The notes under the pieces are model-generated. The model made no database searches and was not told where the DNA came from. It saw nothing but the letters and a program-made list of their open reading frames with translations. Shown here piece by piece: positions 62,945 to 64,000 of a DNA stretch of 64,000 nt. This stretch comes from Carpediemonas membranifera BICM (Eukaryota > Protista > Fornicata): assembly GCA_019828565.1 (NCBI GenBank), contig JAHDYR010000035.1, positions 142,672 to 206,671 of the forward strand. Direction: 5' to 3'. Both the position numbers and the translations under genes were made by a program. Position 1 is the stretch's first letter; every line of letters begins with the position of its first letter.

Positions 62945-63028
62945 ATGGCGTCCTTGTCGCAGGGGGTGATGGTGTCCTCCTCTGTGATGTGAACCCGACG
63001 GATATCAAGGATCTCACTCAACCTTCCG
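62945..63028 (-). repeat. 84-bp inverted copy of hss coding sequence 61718-61801
   Basis: Exact reverse complement by inspection. Confidence 0.9.
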
Positions 63029-63147
63029 CAGGCGCCAAGGCAGATTGTGAAGAGAGGCCAACTGATATGAGCCGGAAGACAGCAAGCAGCTCATCAGTCG
63101 GAAACCACTGTTCATCTTGCTTCCTGTCTTTCTTTATCTCTTTACAA

Positions 63148-64000
63148 TTACTCCTGCATAAATGGAGGAAGCTTCTCGCTGACGACGACCTTGGTGGTGT
63201 TCTGGTAGGCCTGGTTCTTAATCTTCAACAACTGGTAGTCCATGCTGAACTGGCTCTTCTCAACCTCTTCAGCAAACCGCTTCTCGCCTATGCCCTTCTG
63301 GATCAGCTGGTCCTTCTCGGCCCGCGCCCGGGCGACGGTGGCCTCGGCCTGTGCCTCGGCCTTGATCGTCGTGGCGCGAGCCTTGGCCTCGGCGTCAATG
63401 ACGAGAGACTCGGCCTTGGCCCGTGCGGCCTGGACCATCGCGGCAGCTTCACCGGCAGCGTCAAGGGCTGCGGCGTCGCGCTTACCGCTGGCGTTAAGGA
63501 TAGAAACGTTGGCGTTCCTGTCGGCGTCCTTGAGCTGAATATGTCTGTCCGCCTCGAGGTTCTTCAGCCTGGCCTGAGTCTGTGCATAGAGGAGGGACTG
63601 GTTGCTGATCTGCTTGGCCAGCTCATCATCATCGATCTTGAGCTGCTCAACCCGGATGTTCTGCAGGACAATGCCCCAGCGCTTCTTGCACTCGGAGTAG
63701 AGTTGTGTGATGAAAGAGTCGTGGACAAAGTTGTAGAAGGATTCACCGCCCTCATGATCGGCACCAGGGGGGGCCATTGGCGCAGATGCGTCGTGCCCCT
63801 CATGTTCCTCATGGAATGAAGGTCGCGATGACTGGGCAATGTCGGCAAGAGTACTGGACCGAATGATTCCAGCAAGCGTGGCGTTAGCAGTCTCCTTGAT
63901 GGTGTTCTCGATGTCGGTGATGGTGGAGAGGGCGAGATAAGGGTCCTTGATGATGTAGAAGACGTCAGCCTTGACGCGGAGTGGGACGTAATCGGCGGAC
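63148..64000 (-). CDS. SPFH/band-7 (stomatin-like) protein, 5'-partial
   Basis: The frame stays open to the window edge: SADYVPLRVKADVFYIIKDP...IKETANATLAGIIRS...WGIVLQNIRVEQL, followed by an Ala/Glu-rich coiled coil. Confidence 0.85.
   Translation of the reverse strand, partial: SADYVPLRVKADVFYIIKDPYLALSTITDIENTIKETANATLAGIIRSSTLADIAQSSRPSFHEEHEGHDASAPMAPPGADHEGGESFYNFVHDSFITQLYSECKKRWGIVLQNIRVEQLKIDDDELAKQISNQSLLYAQTQARLKNLEADRHIQLKDADRNANVSILNASGKRDAAALDAAGEAAAMVQAARAKAESLVIDAEAKARATTIKAEAQAEATVARARAEKDQLIQKGIGEKRFAEEVEKSQFSMDYQLLKIKNQAYQNTTKVVVSEKLPPFMQE

Noticed and set aside
62875-63819. 314-aa plus-strand ORF
   Set aside because: It is antisense to the SPFH gene and runs through the hss-derived inverted fragment.
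1-64000. tRNA or rRNA genes; Fanzor/TnpB; viral capsid or PolB genes
   Set aside because: No recognisable motifs were seen by eye; divergent versions cannot be excluded without searches.

Overview
Gene-dense eukaryotic (protist-like) DNA with very short 28-37 nt GT-AG introns. The intron style and an expanded RCC1-like family suggest a fornicate such as Carpediemonas, but the host cannot be confirmed from sequence alone. The window has three parts. (1) 1-~22.68 kb looks like the right part of a large cargo-carrying mobile element. It holds a RAG1/Transib-like DDE transposase, an apparently inactive tyrosine-recombinase-like protein, and a chromatin/protein-modification set: two SET-domain proteins, two PHD-type zinc-finger proteins, a GNAT acetyltransferase, an OTU-like protease, a CHAT/caspase-fold protease, a protein kinase and a HEPN (RxxxxH) nuclease-like protein. 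Three near-identical ~380-470 bp non-coding repeats each lie directly downstream of a minus-strand gene, operator-like repeats sit at several gene starts, and a 116-bp palindrome lies near the right edge. Many of these genes are split by single extra bases in homopolymer runs. (2) ~22.67-26.2 kb is a DIRS-type retrotransposon whose tyrosine recombinase is cut off at the junction with region 1. (3) 26.4-64 kb is host DNA: a kinesin-4-like motor, a full-size ABCD transporter and an ankyrin protein between 1.6-kb inverted duplications of an RCC1-like family, a coiled-coil protein, a 4425-aa TRRAP/Tra1-like protein, a DUF229 protein, an ERGIC-53-like lectin, a bacterial-type homospermidine synthase with an intron, and a partial SPFH protein. 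All domain calls come from motif recognition by eye; no database search was run.
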